64,000 nucleotides of DNA. It comes from Octopus vulgaris (Eukaryota). The position numbers and the translations under genes were made by a program. This document shows positions 1-15,770 of this stretch, in pieces (the first letter of the stretch is position 1; each line of letters opens with the position of its first letter). The notes beneath the pieces were generated by a model. That model ran no database searches and had not been told where the DNA came from. It was given only the letters and a program-made list of their open reading frames with translations. The stretch covers positions 47,616,001 to 47,680,000 of the forward strand of contig OX597819.1 of NCBI GenBank assembly GCA_951406725.2. The letters run 5' to 3'.

Positions 1-912
1 GTTATATGGATGACTAATTCAAAAGCATGGGTTACTGTTGTTGTTTTTGAAGATTGGTTCTTCAATCATTTCATCCCAGCAGCAGAAAAGTACTTGTAAA
101 GAGATGGGGATTCCTTTTAAGGTTTTATTTATCTCAGATAATGCTCCTGGCTGCCTGCAAAACATCATAGATTGTGACCCCAACATTACCATCATATACC
201 TCCCTCTGAACTCCATGTCTCTTCTGCAGCCAATGGACCAAGGAATAATTGCTATCTTCAAGCGTTACTATATGAAGCTTATGCTGTGGCAAGCAATAGC
301 TGTAACTGATCTTGATGAGTCCCGCATACTTCATGACTTTTAGAAGAGGTGTGATATCTACAAGGCTGTTCAGAACATAGCAGTGTACAGAGTATGGCTA
401 TGAATAGTATATGGGAGAAGCTATGCTTGCAATTCATGAATGATTTTAAGGAGTTTGATAATGTTGCCATCAACAAAATGTTGGTTACTACAAGCAAAGA
501 ACTGGAAATGGATTTGGAGGAGGAAGATTTCACAGATTTATTTGAAAAAGACAAGTAGACCCTGACGAATGAGGATTTGATAGAGCTTCATGAGTAGCAT
601 AATGAAGAAGATGAGGAAGTCGAACCTGAGCCATGTCCCTTTACCATTAAGAAAATGCAGCAAGCATTTGCATATATCGAAAAAGGTCTTTCTATGTTCA
701 AGGATAGATCTTTCTATGATCCAAATGCTCAACACTTCCCCAAGATTATGGGAGCTTGTCATGAAGATTTTGCTCCTTATAATGTAATCTTTGAGGAAAA
801 GAAGACAGTTCAAGGAACTTTCAACCGGTTTTTTAAGAGAATCGAACAACAAGAACAGCCAGAGTCAGCTGTTGCTGTTAACAATTCACAGCCATCTACA
901 TCTACAATGTAA
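1..912 (+). mobile_element. Decayed Tigger/pogo-type DDE transposase (C-terminal half)
   Basis: KVLFISDNAPGC...IIYLPLNSMSLLQPMDQGIIAIFKRYY matches the pogo/Tigger DDE_1 motifs DNA(P)xH and LQPxDQG. In-frame stop at 341-343 and frameshifts follow. Confidence 0.85.
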
Positions 913-1309
913 ACCACCAAATTGTATGTACATATTGGTAAATTTAAAATAATTTAGTTTTTTTTTACTATTGCAAAATAATAATGATTACTGAATTTGT
1001 TTTTTAAGCTTATTGCAAACCACATTCATAAATAAAGTGTCTACGATGTATGGTAAGCACCGTCAAATTGTATTCGTAAATTTAGATTACTTTTTTTTTT
1101 ACTGTACTGTATTAAAAAATAAAAATTATTTGTTTGTAAGCTTAAGATAGGTTTTTATTAACCAGGTGTAATTGAAAATGCAATCATAAATAAAGTATAG
1201 AACTGGGAATGGTTATTATCAGTTTAACCTAGAGACAAGTAAATCCAACTAAAGCCATGTCTCCTGGAACCAATTAACAACGTAGGGTGAGGTATGCCTG
1301 TATATATGT

Positions 1310-1379
<70 letters not shown>

Positions 1380-1592
1380 CTGAAGGGCAAGTCTGGTGCC
1401 AACTGCTGTAGTAATTCCTGCTCCAGTAGCATATACTGAAACATATATAGTCCAACTCATGCCAGCATGAAAACGGATGTTAAAGGATGTTGATGATGAT
1501 GGTGATGATATGTGTGTGTGTATATATGTGTGTGTGTGTGTGTGTTTATATATATGTGTGTGTATATATGTATGTATATATGTATGTATATG

Positions 1593-1701
<109 letters not shown>

Positions 1702-1715
1702 GTATATGCATGAAA

Positions 1716-1756
<41 letters not shown>

Positions 1757-2499
1757 ATATATATTACATATACATACATATATATACATATACACATATA
1801 TATATATATATATATATACACAAACACGCATAAAAGGTAAACACAAATGGCGTTGAAAATTTACGACAGCTGTTTCATTAGCCATTTCTGGCGTCTTACA
1901 AGTTGATGTGCCTTGATTGTTATGAATCCTTGTAACAAAATCACACACACTCACACACACACATGCACGCACAAAGAGATAGATATATATTAATACATAT
2001 ATTCATATATACATATATACATATATTTAAACATATTAACACGAGTGTAGATGTGTGTGTGTGAGCACATGTGCATTTCTGTGTGTGTGTGTGTGTGTGT
2101 GTGTATCTATGTGTAAATGGGAGGTTACCAGAATTACACAGGGGTGCGATATTTAAAAGCTATGAGAGTACCATGTAACTTACAAACTGTGTTTATTTTT
2201 TTAAAATCTGGTATATCAGTATATGTACGCAGGTCTACATGTGCTTGTGTGTTTTTTATGAGCATGGTGTTTACATGTGTGTGCATTTATGTGTGTTCAG
2301 GTGGGTATGTGTCTAAGTAGGCCAGGGTGATGATGTTTTAAGGAGTTTTGGTTTGAATACAGTTCTGGGTATGTTTTTGCAATTAATTTCTCATTAAGTA
2401 ATTTGAGAGATTTGATATCATTTTATCCTTTCCCTACGTATTCAGACACAAAAATCAAACACACAGCATGACTATTTCACTCAGGTTTCTTGTAACCAC

Positions 2500-2617
2500 C
2501 GTCATCGTCATCATCGTTGTCGTCATCATCATTATCATCATCATCATCACAACCATTATCATCATCTAGTACTCCTACTAGCACTCCTACTAACATGATC
2601 AGCATAACATCATCATC

Positions 2618-2663
<46 letters not shown>

Positions 2664-2673
2664 CCAGCATCAC

Positions 2674-2721
<48 letters not shown>

Positions 2722-2998
2722 TGTTATCATCTTCGTTGTCATCATTGTCTTCATCATTGTCGTTTTCGTCGTCGTTGTTGTTGGTGTCGTCTTCATTTTC
2801 AATCCAACTCTCCCAACAACATCATCGTCATCAGCATCATCACCATCATGATCAGCATAGTCATCATCATCACCATTTCCATAATCTTAACTAATACCAA
2901 TACCACAATCACCATCATCCCCACCAACTCCATCACTGCAACCACTCACTAACACTATTACCATGTTCCTACTCATCACCATTCTCATCATTTCATCG

Positions 2999-3037
<39 letters not shown>

Positions 3038-3120
3038 CCACCATCATTCCTACCACCACCACCACCGCTGCACTCCTCTTCCTCCTTCTCCTCCAACTCA
3101 TCATCAACATCACCACCTCA
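2500..3120. repeat. (CAT)n/(CAC)n trinucleotide microsatellite tract
   Basis: Long imperfect CAT/CGT/CAC runs; source of the poly-Ser/poly-Met/poly-Asp ORFs. Confidence 0.95.
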
Positions 3121-3587
3121 GTCTTTATATGTCTTGTATTTCCATTTTACCATGGTTTGGCACAGGGCTGGCTTTTTTTTAAGATCCTCTTTCTAACCTT
3201 TATCTGTTTGTAATCTTCACAATTTCAGTTCAGCTGTAAAAACCAACTTTCTAAGATCTAAGTTAACCAAACTGTCTCTTGTGAATTCCATAAATTTTAA
3301 ATGGAATTCAAGAAAAATAGCTCTGTGTACTTTACAATCAAATTTTTAAAATAACTGAATTGAACATCTTGCTGCTTTTTTGGACTCTGGTGTCTTTTGT
3401 TTGTTTGTTTGTTTGATTGATTTTTCTTTGTTTTTCTTTTTTCTTTTATTCTTTTTTTTTTTAACATCAATCCTTTTCAACATCGTCAAATGAGGATTAG
3501 CAATAGCTGGGTTTATAGAATGCCAGGCAATTAATTGAAGAGTTTATAGTCCATATCTTGTCATTGGTACTGTATTGTGGTTATGAT

Positions 3588-4019
3588 TAACCATTTTATT
3601 ACCATATTTCTGTTGAAATACATTGCCTGTGCTTCAATTAATGTTGATAATGATAAAGAATTTGATAAAGTAACTTTACCATTATTAAGCTGATGTTTGG
3701 AACATAAAATTAACAGGAAATTTTGGGACAAGGTTTTCATTTAGATTGCTTTAAAACAAGATGTTTGAATTATAGAACTGGAGTTCACTGCCAGTGGGCA
3801 GGTATCAAAAGGTTTAAGGTACAGGGTAAGTTCAGCTAACTTTAGCATTGTAATTTAGTCTAAGATCAACCTTGATCAAGCAGACCTACAATCAAAGATA
3901 TTCCAGCTATAGTCATCCTATCTTTCTTGTTTTCCTCTTCTAAGACAACATTATCCAAATTATCCTGTGAATAAATAAGCATTACATTTGGAAGTGTAAT
4001 CTAAACACTAAAGGGTTAA
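3588..4019. mobile_element. Two adjacent degenerate piggyBac-like MITEs
   Basis: Ends TTAAccattt...aaaggtTTAA (3588-3817) and ...aaagggTTAA (to 4019). Similar to copies at 52376-52600 and 38827-39048. Confidence 0.5.
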
Positions 4020-4388
4020 TGTTCACTTTTTTATGCTTGCATGGGTCAGACAGAATTTGTTGAGGCAGATTTTCTATGGCTGGATGCTCATCCTGTCACT
4101 AACCATCACTTGCTTCCAATCGAGGTAATTCTTCTCATAGCTCTGCATGATTTTCATAGAAGACTAGAAATGAACAGCATCACTCATGTGATGGTGATGT
4201 TCCTTTATAAACATCACATGATGTCAGGACAAGTCCATGCGCAAACACACACTCATATGTATATATGTGTGTGTGTGTGTGTGTGTGTATTGGCCTGCTC
4301 GCTTAGCCAGCGGGGTGGCATCATTTGAAGGCTAAAACAATGCAAAGTGCATTGTGACCAGCAACATATGATAGCCTGGTCAGTCACG

Positions 4389-4425
<37 letters not shown>

Positions 4426-4473
4426 CATAATTAAATCTCAGAATGAGATTGAAACAGTAATCGCTCGATAATG

Positions 4474-4642
4474 TAAAGTATAGAAGCCATCTTATCATGG
4501 CTAACCACATTGGGGAGGGGGTGTTACTGTAGCTTTATAGCCCCAAGAGAGAGCTAGAGACGAAGATCTCTTGGGGCTATAAAGCTACAGTAACACCCCT
4601 CCCCAATGTGGTTAGCCATGATAAGATGGCTTCTATACTTTA
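4474..4642. repeat. Near-perfect inverted repeat (77/76-bp arms, 16-nt spacer)
   Basis: 4474-4550 is the reverse complement of 4567-4642 except for one G in a G-run. Lies between (TA)n tracts. Confidence 0.95.
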
Positions 4643-4666
4643 TATATATATATATATATATATATA

Positions 4667-6746
<2,080 letters not shown>

Positions 6747-7035
6747 ACAGGCTTTTTTCATTTCCCATCTACCAAATTCACTCACAAGGCGTTGGTCAGT
6801 GTCTGGTTATGAAATCTTTATATAAGCTCTTACTGATAGACATAACAGAGGTTGAACTTCACTAATCAGGCAAACTTGAGACCAGAGAGATATAGGTTGG
6901 GCCAGGTCAGATGTTGAGGCATGCACCGTTGTAATGCATTGCTAAATTTACCATTTGTCAGTATATTCCAAGGTTCTGCCAGATGACCCTTTGTGCAGAG
7001 TCCCAATCAGTCCCCATCGTTTCAAGATTCTTCCT

Positions 7036-7360
7036 CTACAGCCTAAGGTCGACCAAAGCCTTGTGAGTGGATTTGGTAGACGGAAACTGAAAGAAGCCCA
7101 TCGTATATATGTATATATATATATGTATGTGTGTGTATATGCTTGTGTGTCTGTGTTTGTCCCCCCAACATCGCTTGACAACCGATGGTGGTGTGTTTAC
7201 TTCCCTGTAACTTAGTGGTTCGGCAAAAGAGACCGAGAGAATAAGTACTAGGCTGCCAAACAATAAGTCCTGGGGTCGATTTGCTTGACTAAAGGCAGTG
7301 CTCCAGCATGGCTGCAGTCAAATGACTGAAACAAGTAAGAGAGTAAAAGAAAAAGAGAGT
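7036..7360 (+). mobile_element. SINE family A, 5'-truncated
   Basis: Matches the full-length copies (ccaaagccttgtgagtggatttggtag ... gcagtcaaatgactgaaacaagtaa). Confidence 0.85.
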
Positions 7361-7582
7361 ATCTGCCGTGGCTGTGTGGTATGTGGTCGACTAACATGAG
7401 CCATCAACCCAGCTGGTTCCTTAGTGAAGAAAATACAGTAAACAAAGTCTAGCTCAGAAAATCAAGCAATATGGCCAAACACTCTGAGCTGGTGCTTCCA
7501 AATCATGCAAGTGATAGGATGTATTCCAGTTTCTGAATAGTAAATTTCCCAAACAAATGAAGATTAAGATAAAAGAATACCC

Positions 7583-7991
7583 GCAGGAGTGGCTGTGTGG
7601 TAAGTAGCTTGCTTACCAACCACATGGTTCTAGGTTCAGTCCCACTGCATTGCACCTTGGGCAAGTGTCTTCTATTATAGCCTCAGGCTGACCAAAGCCT
7701 TGTGAGTGGATTTGGTAGATGGAAACCGAAAGAAGCCCGTCATGTATATGTATATATATATATATATGTGTGTGTGTATGTTTGCGTATCTGTGTTTGTC
7801 CTCCCAATATCGCTTGACAACCGATGCTGGTGTGTTTACGTCCCCGTAACTTAGCGGTTCGACAAAAGAGACTGATAGAATAAGTACTAGGCTTACAAAG
7901 AATAAGTCCTGGGTTGATTTGCTCGACTAAAGGTGGTGCTCCAGCATGGCCTGAGTCAAATGACTGAAACAAGTAAAAGAGTAAAAGAGTA
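7583..7991 (+). mobile_element. SINE family A, full length (tRNA-like head, internal microsatellite, AAAAGAGT tail)
   Basis: Head gcaggagTGGCTGTGTGGtaag (box A) ... GGTTCAGTCCC (box B-like). About 20 copies or fragments in the window. Confidence 0.9.
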
Positions 7992-9051
7992 ATGCCTATA
8001 TGTACTCTATTACTAATAGCAATACAGCTTTCATTGGCACAAATCTAGTTCAATCTTACTGGACTTCTTTATGACCAAGAACTACTGTGAGAGAAGCTGG
8101 CCGAGTGGCGATCATGCAAACTTATGTCTGCTAGACCAAATCACCATCTCAAACCATTGGAGCTGCTAAAATAACAAATTCAGAATTTATCTTTTACTTG
8201 TTTCAGTCATTAGACTGCAGCCATGCTGGGGTACTTGCCTTGAAGAATTCTTAGTCTAGTGAATAAACCCCTGTACTCATTTTATTTTTCAAGCATGGTA
8301 CTTATTTTATTGGCCTCTTTTGTCAGACTGCTAAGTTACAGGGATGCAAACACACCAACACCTGTTGTCAAGCAGTGGTGGGGAACAAACACAGACAGAA
8401 AGACACACACACAGACTCAAAAACATACACAGACTCAAAAACACACACACATCTAGTATATATAAATCATAGTATGTATATTGACTAATGTATACATTTC
8501 CACAATTCTCAACTGATTTTCACCACACATTACACACACATTACTTATGTCCCAAGAATGGCTATGCACTATAACCTTTTCCCCCAAGCTCCCATGTAAA
8601 TGGACAAACCAGGAAAAATGGTGGTTTACATAGTTTTTTCTTTAATTTGTTGTTTGTACATAGTTTTCTGTTTGTAGGGTCTTCCATACTTTTATACTAT
8701 ACGGTCATATGTTGGCATTAGAAAATATTTTTAGTGGTTTTCACATTTTTTTGATTTATTATTTATTTATATGTTGTAATTGTGTATTATTACTTTCTAT
8801 ATTTTTTTATATGTGTATTGGTGTGTATTTTGTGCTTCAGTGTTTTGGTTAGAGAATATTATAAAATTGAAAGGATATTGTCTATTTATTTATTTTGACT
8901 GTTTTCCATACTTTCCCATCTACCAAATTCACTCACAGAATATTTTTTAGCTCCTTTCACATTTTTTTGATTTTTTTATTTATTATTTGTCTGCCATACA
9001 ATGTGACATCTTTTCACTGTGAAATGCTAAATATATATATATATATATATA

Positions 9052-9320
9052 TCATCATCATCATCATCATCATCATTTAACGTCCGTTTTCCACGCTAGC
9101 ATGGGTTGGACGGTTCGACCGGGGTCTGGAAGCCATGGAGGCTGTGCCAGGCTCTAGTCTGATTTGGCAGTGTTTCTACAGAGTTGGATGCCCTTCCTAA
9201 CACCAACCACTCCATGAGTGTAGTGGGTGTTTTTTACGTGCCACCGGCACAGCGACCAGAGCAGGCTGGCAAACGGCCACAATCGGTTGGTGCTTTTACG
9301 TGTCACTGACACGGACACCA
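9052..9320 (-). mobile_element. Non-autonomous element carrying the RTE-LINE 3' tail (family C)
   Basis: Minus-strand end ...ccaacccatgctagc...ggacgttaaatgatgatg, the same type of 3' end as the RTE at 35810. Related copies at 26548-26930, 39083-39380, 29288-29430, 49110-49240, 59390-59575 and 59850-60120. Confidence 0.75.
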
Positions 9321-9329
9321 CCTACATAC

Positions 9330-9385
<56 letters not shown>

Positions 9386-9796
9386 TTCATTTCCACACAC
9401 GCCAGCGTAATTTCATTCGTCCTTAGTTGAAAGACACCTGTTGTTATGTGCTGTCATTACTTTTATTGTATTTGTGTAACATTGTCTGTTTTTTTCTGTC
9501 CTTGTTTTTGTATACATTCGCTGCTTTCTTCCAAAAGAAATCTAATGCTCTCAGCTTAGTTTTTCCTTGGAGTTGACCAGACTGGAGCAATCTCAAGTAT
9601 AATCAGCTGAAATTGTGAAGATAATTTGGTACTTGACTGAGGAAAGAAAACTTCGAATGACCCATCCTTGTTTTCTTTGTATCGTCTATCTGGATGTTTT
9701 GTTGTCCCATTTTTGTATCACCTAACTGTCTAGATGTTTTGCATTCTTGTCCCATTTTGTATTTTATATATATATATATGTATATATACACACACA

Positions 9797-10049
9797 CAGT
9801 AGGGTGCAAAAGTAGGTATGCAGATAAGAAAAAAGAAAACGTACAATTTTCATTTATTTTTATAAAAAAAAAAAATTAAAAGTTACAATAAAAGTATTAT
9901 TATAGTTATGATAAATGTGTTATTATGAATAATGACGCTGAAAATATAAAAATTAGGTTGACTTTTAATTTTTTTTGTTGATAAAAATAAATGAATGTTG
10001 TACCTGTTTTCTTTTTTCAGAACTGTATACCTGCTTTTGCTCCCCATTG
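9797..10049. mobile_element. Tc1/mariner-type MITE
   Basis: TIRs cagtagggtgcaaaagtaggtatgcag / ctgtatacctgcttttgctccccattg, followed by TA. Confidence 0.75.
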
Positions 10050-11218
10050 TATATACATGGCAGGCTTCTTTTAGTTTCCATCTACCAAATCAACTCACAA
10101 GGCTTTGGTTGGCCAAGACACTTGTCCAAAGTTTCATACAGTGGGATTGAACCCAGAACCATGTGGTTTGGAGGCAAGTTTCTTACCACACAGCCATGCC
10201 TAGTGATATTGATTCTGCGTTTCAATTAAATTTTGTCTTTTTTTATTTCATTTATTTTTGTAGGTATGTCTTAGTCTGTAAACATGCCCTCAACACTGTA
10301 ATTCTTTCTTTCATGAATTTCCTAAATACAATATCTATAAATCTTTGATAACTTTTCATAGATCAAGAATTTTCTATGAAACCAAGAATGCATCACATGG
10401 GCTGAGTTTTCTGTCTATCAAAAATCTTTCATGATCTCTCATAGACACAAGTAATTCTCTACACTGCCAAAAATATATGATATGGGCCTGGTTTCCTTTT
10501 CATAGATGAAAGATGTTTCAACAACTCATGCTGGTAGCCACTATGTACTTCTACCTGCTAGAAATAGTAACCAAATCACTCTCATATCACACCCTATCTT
10601 CACAAATGTGTACCTCAAGTCAAAAGAATGCCGCTGCTGCTGCTGTTGGTGATGATGATGAGGGGGATTTGAGGGAGATATGACTTCTATTTCTAGCAGG
10701 TCGTCTGACCATGTTATGGCTGACCTCATTATCTGATCAACTGAGGTAAATAGTGTAAACAAAAAAATGTCTTTTATAAAAACCCCAATTAATTTAACTG
10801 AGAAATTATTGCTGACAGGAGCCAAAAGTAAGGGGAAGAGGTTGATGAGGTTCTTCTATGTGGAAAACAAAATAGTAAAACAAAGTAATAAAAAAAAGAA
10901 AAAACAAGAAGAGCAAGTACCCTGAACATGATGCGTAAAAATTATAACAGGCGCCATACTTTGGCACATATCTTTATAGTATCAAGTGTGTTGACTTTTG
11001 CTCTGATGGAAGGCTCTCTGAGTAAATCAGGCCTTTGTCTATCTAGCAGTTGACATGTGAGAAATCAAAAGAAAGTTTTTAATTTTTATGGAATCTATGT
11101 AAATAATTACTAAGAAAAAGACAGAACCATAAATTGTCAGTTTTGTCAAGGATTTCACAATATACATATATTCACACATACATAGATGCATAGATGCATA
11201 CATACATATATATATGTG

Positions 11219-11272
<54 letters not shown>

Positions 11273-12099
11273 CATGTATGTATATATATATATGTATGTA
11301 TGTGGGTGAGTGTCTATAAATATATATATATATATATATATATACATACATATTATGTCTATACACACACACACATCTTGGTAACAATATGATGAGACAT
11401 GATGGAATATTAATATAGTGGATATGGGGGAGTTGGTCTGAAAGTGAAAAAGGAAAAAAAAATGGGTCAGAGAAATACATATAAAAAAACAGACAAGATT
11501 TTATAGAGTGTGAGATAATAAACAATCTGATTAACACTAAGAAAATGTTTGTAGAATAAAAAAAAAAAAAGAAGCTTAGCCAAAAACAAAGGAGCCATAT
11601 CAAGTGAGAGATAAAAGAAAAGTCCAAGACAAAAATATAGGATTTTACAAAAAATGTCTATCATCTTATTTTGATAAGCTACAATGCTAGAGGTACAGAA
11701 TTTATTTTGGATGGTGGACCATTATTCTTCAATGCTGAATATTTTCCTATTTAAATATTTTTCACAGTCAGCATTCTTTTATACTTTTACTTGTTTCAGT
11801 AAATTTGCCTGTGGCCATGCTGGAGCACTGCCTTAACCAAACAAATCAAACACCCAGGACTTATTCTACCAGTCTCTTTTGCCGAACCACAAAATTACAA
11901 GGACATAAACACACCAGCATTGGTTGTCAAGCAATGTTAGGGGTAAAAACACAGACACACAAACATATACACACACACACACATACATACATGCATACAT
12001 ACATACATATATACACATATATACACATATATACACATATATACACATATACACACAGGCTGTGTGTCTGCGGGGGCTTTTGGTCCATACATAGACAGC

Positions 12100-12665
<566 letters not shown>

Positions 12666-12667
12666 AT

Positions 12668-13532
12668 AGATGGCAGACTGTCAAGTTTACACATGACTGG
12701 CAAGATCTTGACACTCTCAATTGCAGCTTCAGTTACCGGGGTCTCTCGTGAGTAGAGGTCCTGGTAGTACTCCACCCATCTATCCATTTGCTTGCTTTGG
12801 TCCTTGATGAGATCCCCAGTAGTTGATTTCAGAGGGGCTGACTTGGTTGCAGATGGACCGAGGGCCTTCTCCAAACCGGCATACATCCCACAGGTGTCGC
12901 CACTGTCAGCAGCTGACTGGATACTCTGACAGATTTCCTGCCAATACCTATTTGCACAGTGTCTGGCAGTCAGTTGGGTTTTATTTCTTGCCTTTCTGAG
13001 TTCTTCAAGTGACTTTATAGAAGAATCACTCTTGTATTACATCAGAGCTGCACGCTTTGTTTCGATAACTGTTTCCAGCTCTGAGAGCCCAGCACTGAAC
13101 AAAATCTGGGTTTTGCCTTTCTCTCATGCCGAAAGTATCTATTGATGTGGTATACAAAGCTTCCCTGATATAATTCCACCTACTTTCAGCAGAGGTGGTT
13201 GGGCAGCTACTGAGGGCAACTTTGATAGAAACAGCGGCCCATTTTCTTGGAGTGATGGACTTTTTTAGGGTGAATCCTCACCCTGCTTCTTATTAGTGAA
13301 TGATCTGTGTCACAATCCACACTGTGGTAACTACGAGTCAGTTGAACAGAATCCAGAAAGGGTCTTCGTGTAATGATGAGATCCAGCTGATATCAGTGGT
13401 GAGATCTTGGATGTCTCCAAGATGCCTTGTGGGATGCCTTGTTGGCAAAGAATTTGTTAGTGATGCACAGGTTGTGGTATGTGCAAAATTCAAGTAGTCT
13501 CTGGCCATTGTCATTCATGTTGCCAATACCAA
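12668..13532 (-). mobile_element. Decayed RTE-clade LINE fragment (endonuclease-to-RT linker region)
   Basis: [48 protein letters not shown] contains the RW-x-E-[YH] linker typical of RTE ORFs. An upstream RHPRSHH*YQLDLII-like endonuclease motif is broken by stops. Confidence 0.7.
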
Positions 13533-13920
13533 AACACATACACTTACATATATACATACATATATATACATATATATTTGGAATTTACAAAAGAAACGAA
13601 CAAAAGACGAAGACGGGTGTGTAAACAGCAAACAGGTTTATTAGTTTAACGCATAAATATTTAGCGTCTTATAATTTTCTTAAACTTTAAAATATAATTT
13701 TTTAGAATATAAAAGCTTTTTGAAAATACGGTCCAATTAGATCATTAGATCCAATGAACACTTATGCACAAACCTGTAATCTTAAATTATTTTTTTACAC
13801 AGTGGAATATTCCAATTGGCTAATATTTGCAAGATTAACTAAAGTTAACCTTTCAATGATTTTCATTTCTTATTTAAACGTTGAATCCTCTTGAAAAACT
13901 GCAGAACCAGACATTATGCT

Positions 13921-15770
13921 ATCAGAGTCGGACGTTATTATTGTGTGAAAGAGTAAAAAAAAGTGAAAAATTGTAGAGAGAGATGAAACAGGATCAAATC
14001 GCAAGAGGCGCTTGTCGCTGCGTGTCGTTACTTTTTATAGAAGAAGCATCGACCCCCAGTCATGGAGACGTATGCGGGGGTTGCCGCAACGAAGAGTGGC
14101 TCGTCGCTTGTGATAAGAGATGTGGCTTTCAAGAAGGAACAAATGAAGGAATATGAGAAATATGTAAAAAGCAGAAACAACGGAGGAGATAGACAACAAA
14201 ATGATAATATACAGGACACAGGACAAGAACTCAAGGAAACTAATGCGAATTTCGATAGAAGAGATAGAAAAGTGTCTTGGTGACATAATGAACAAAGCAA
14301 CGTATGTAAGCAGAGGAAAGAAATATGGTACAGTGGAAGTGAGGTGTGCAACAAGTGAGGAGGCAGCCTCGCTATCTTCCACTGTACTCAGAACGAAAAA
14401 TTTTATTATGTTACCTACTTACAAAGGAAGACGAGGAGTAAGGGTTAAGATCCCAAACGTCCCACCGGAGATAAAGACGGGATGGCTGGTGACAGCCATC
14501 TTAGGGTCGGCTGAAGATGAAATAGAACTGGGGTCGATCACAGAGACCAATGTCGTGAACTGGAAGGGATTCGGTGTGGAGTTGTGGCTGATGGCCACAA
14601 TAGAGGATATAGAGCGAATTTCCTTTCAGATAGAGGTTGAAAATGGAAGGACAATTGGCATAATTGTAGAGGGAAGAAGGCCGAACTGTTACTTATGTGG
14701 AACAAGAGGTCATATAAGAGCAGAATGTCCACTATATGAATTTACAGTGGAGAAAGAAATGGATCAAAATAAGACACAGAGTGGAGAAGCTACAGAGGAA
14801 GAACAGAGAGAGAAAAAAGAACAGGAGAATGGAAAAAACAACACACTGAAAGAGAAAGAAAATAAGGTAAAAGAAGCAACAGAGAAGGAACAAATGAAGG
14901 AAAAGCGACAAGAGAAAGGAAAGGCCAGTGCAATGAAAGAAAAAGAAAGCAAGGAAAAAGAAACAACAGGAAAAGAACAAAAGAAACAAAAAAGAGAAAA
15001 AGCAGAAAAAGAGCTCAAGAAAAAACCAAGTCTTCTGTCTCTGTTCGGACTTGAAAAAGATGCACCGACAGTAAAAGAAAATATAGAAAGAAAGAAGAGA
15101 GAAAGGGAGAAACTAAGAGTAGAGAACAAAGAAGCAGCCAGTCCTAAAAAGAAGACAAAGGAACACACAACAGAAACCACAGTTTTGAAGTGGGGACACC
15201 GATTTTACGGAGAATTTGTGATATACAAGAAATGTCCTGAAATGGACGAGATAATAGGGAGAACAAGGAAAACATCATGGGTTGAAATGGGAACCGAGAT
15301 TGAGGCCAGTGCTCTAGTTCACGAGGATAGTGTCCAGGGATTCATGGAGGCCGCAAAAAGATACATGGTGGATCACTGGAAGTGTCGATTGAAGGAGTGT
15401 CCATCCCACGTCGAGAGATATGACACACTAGTGCACGAGATAGAATACATTTAAAATTGTGGAAAAGAAGGAAAAAAAAAAAGAAAATTCTGTTAGCAAA
15501 AGGTATTGTGAAACTCTATGAAAATTTTTGTGCGATAAACTTTGTGAATTGTGTAAAATTTTTGAAAAAATCAATATGCGAGAGACTGACAAAAATATAA
15601 CCACTTGATTTCGGGGATCAAGTGGACATTGCACCTCATTGTAATATCTTTTTCATAACTCATTATTTTAAAATTTTATTTCGTCTTATTTTTCATCCAC
15701 TTTTGTTATATTTTAAGTTCCCCGATTTGTATTGTCCCTTCTTTGTTGGCCCCTTGTGGGTAATAAAAAA
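13921..15770 (+). mobile_element. Complete ORF1-only non-LTR retroelement (HAL1-like, L1/Tx1-type ORF1, no RT)
   Basis: Flanked by a target-site duplication cagacattatgct (13908-13920) / cagatattatgct (15772-15784). Ends in a gccc-cttgt-gggt hairpin plus AATAAAAAA. Carries a single ORF and no ORF2. Confidence 0.8.
14062..15454 (+). CDS. ORF1/gag-like nucleic-acid-binding protein: RRM-like region, CCHC zinc knuckle, K/E-rich linker; one frameshift
   Basis: CYLCGTRGHIRAEC (CX2CX4HX4C, about 14687-14728) is preceded by VRVKIPNVPPEI. The N-terminus METYAGVAA (14062) joins the 417-aa ORF (14201) if one A is removed from the A-run at 14166-14170. Confidence 0.8.

Noticed and set aside
2517-3196. 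Poly-Ser/His/Met/Asp ORFs
   Set aside because: (CAT)n microsatellite with no domain or splice support.
14201-15454. Host ZCCHC gene or LTR-retrotransposon gag
   Set aside because: It is intronless, TSD-flanked and A-tailed with no LTRs, PBS or PPT visible, which fits a non-LTR retroposed unit. Later domestication cannot be excluded.
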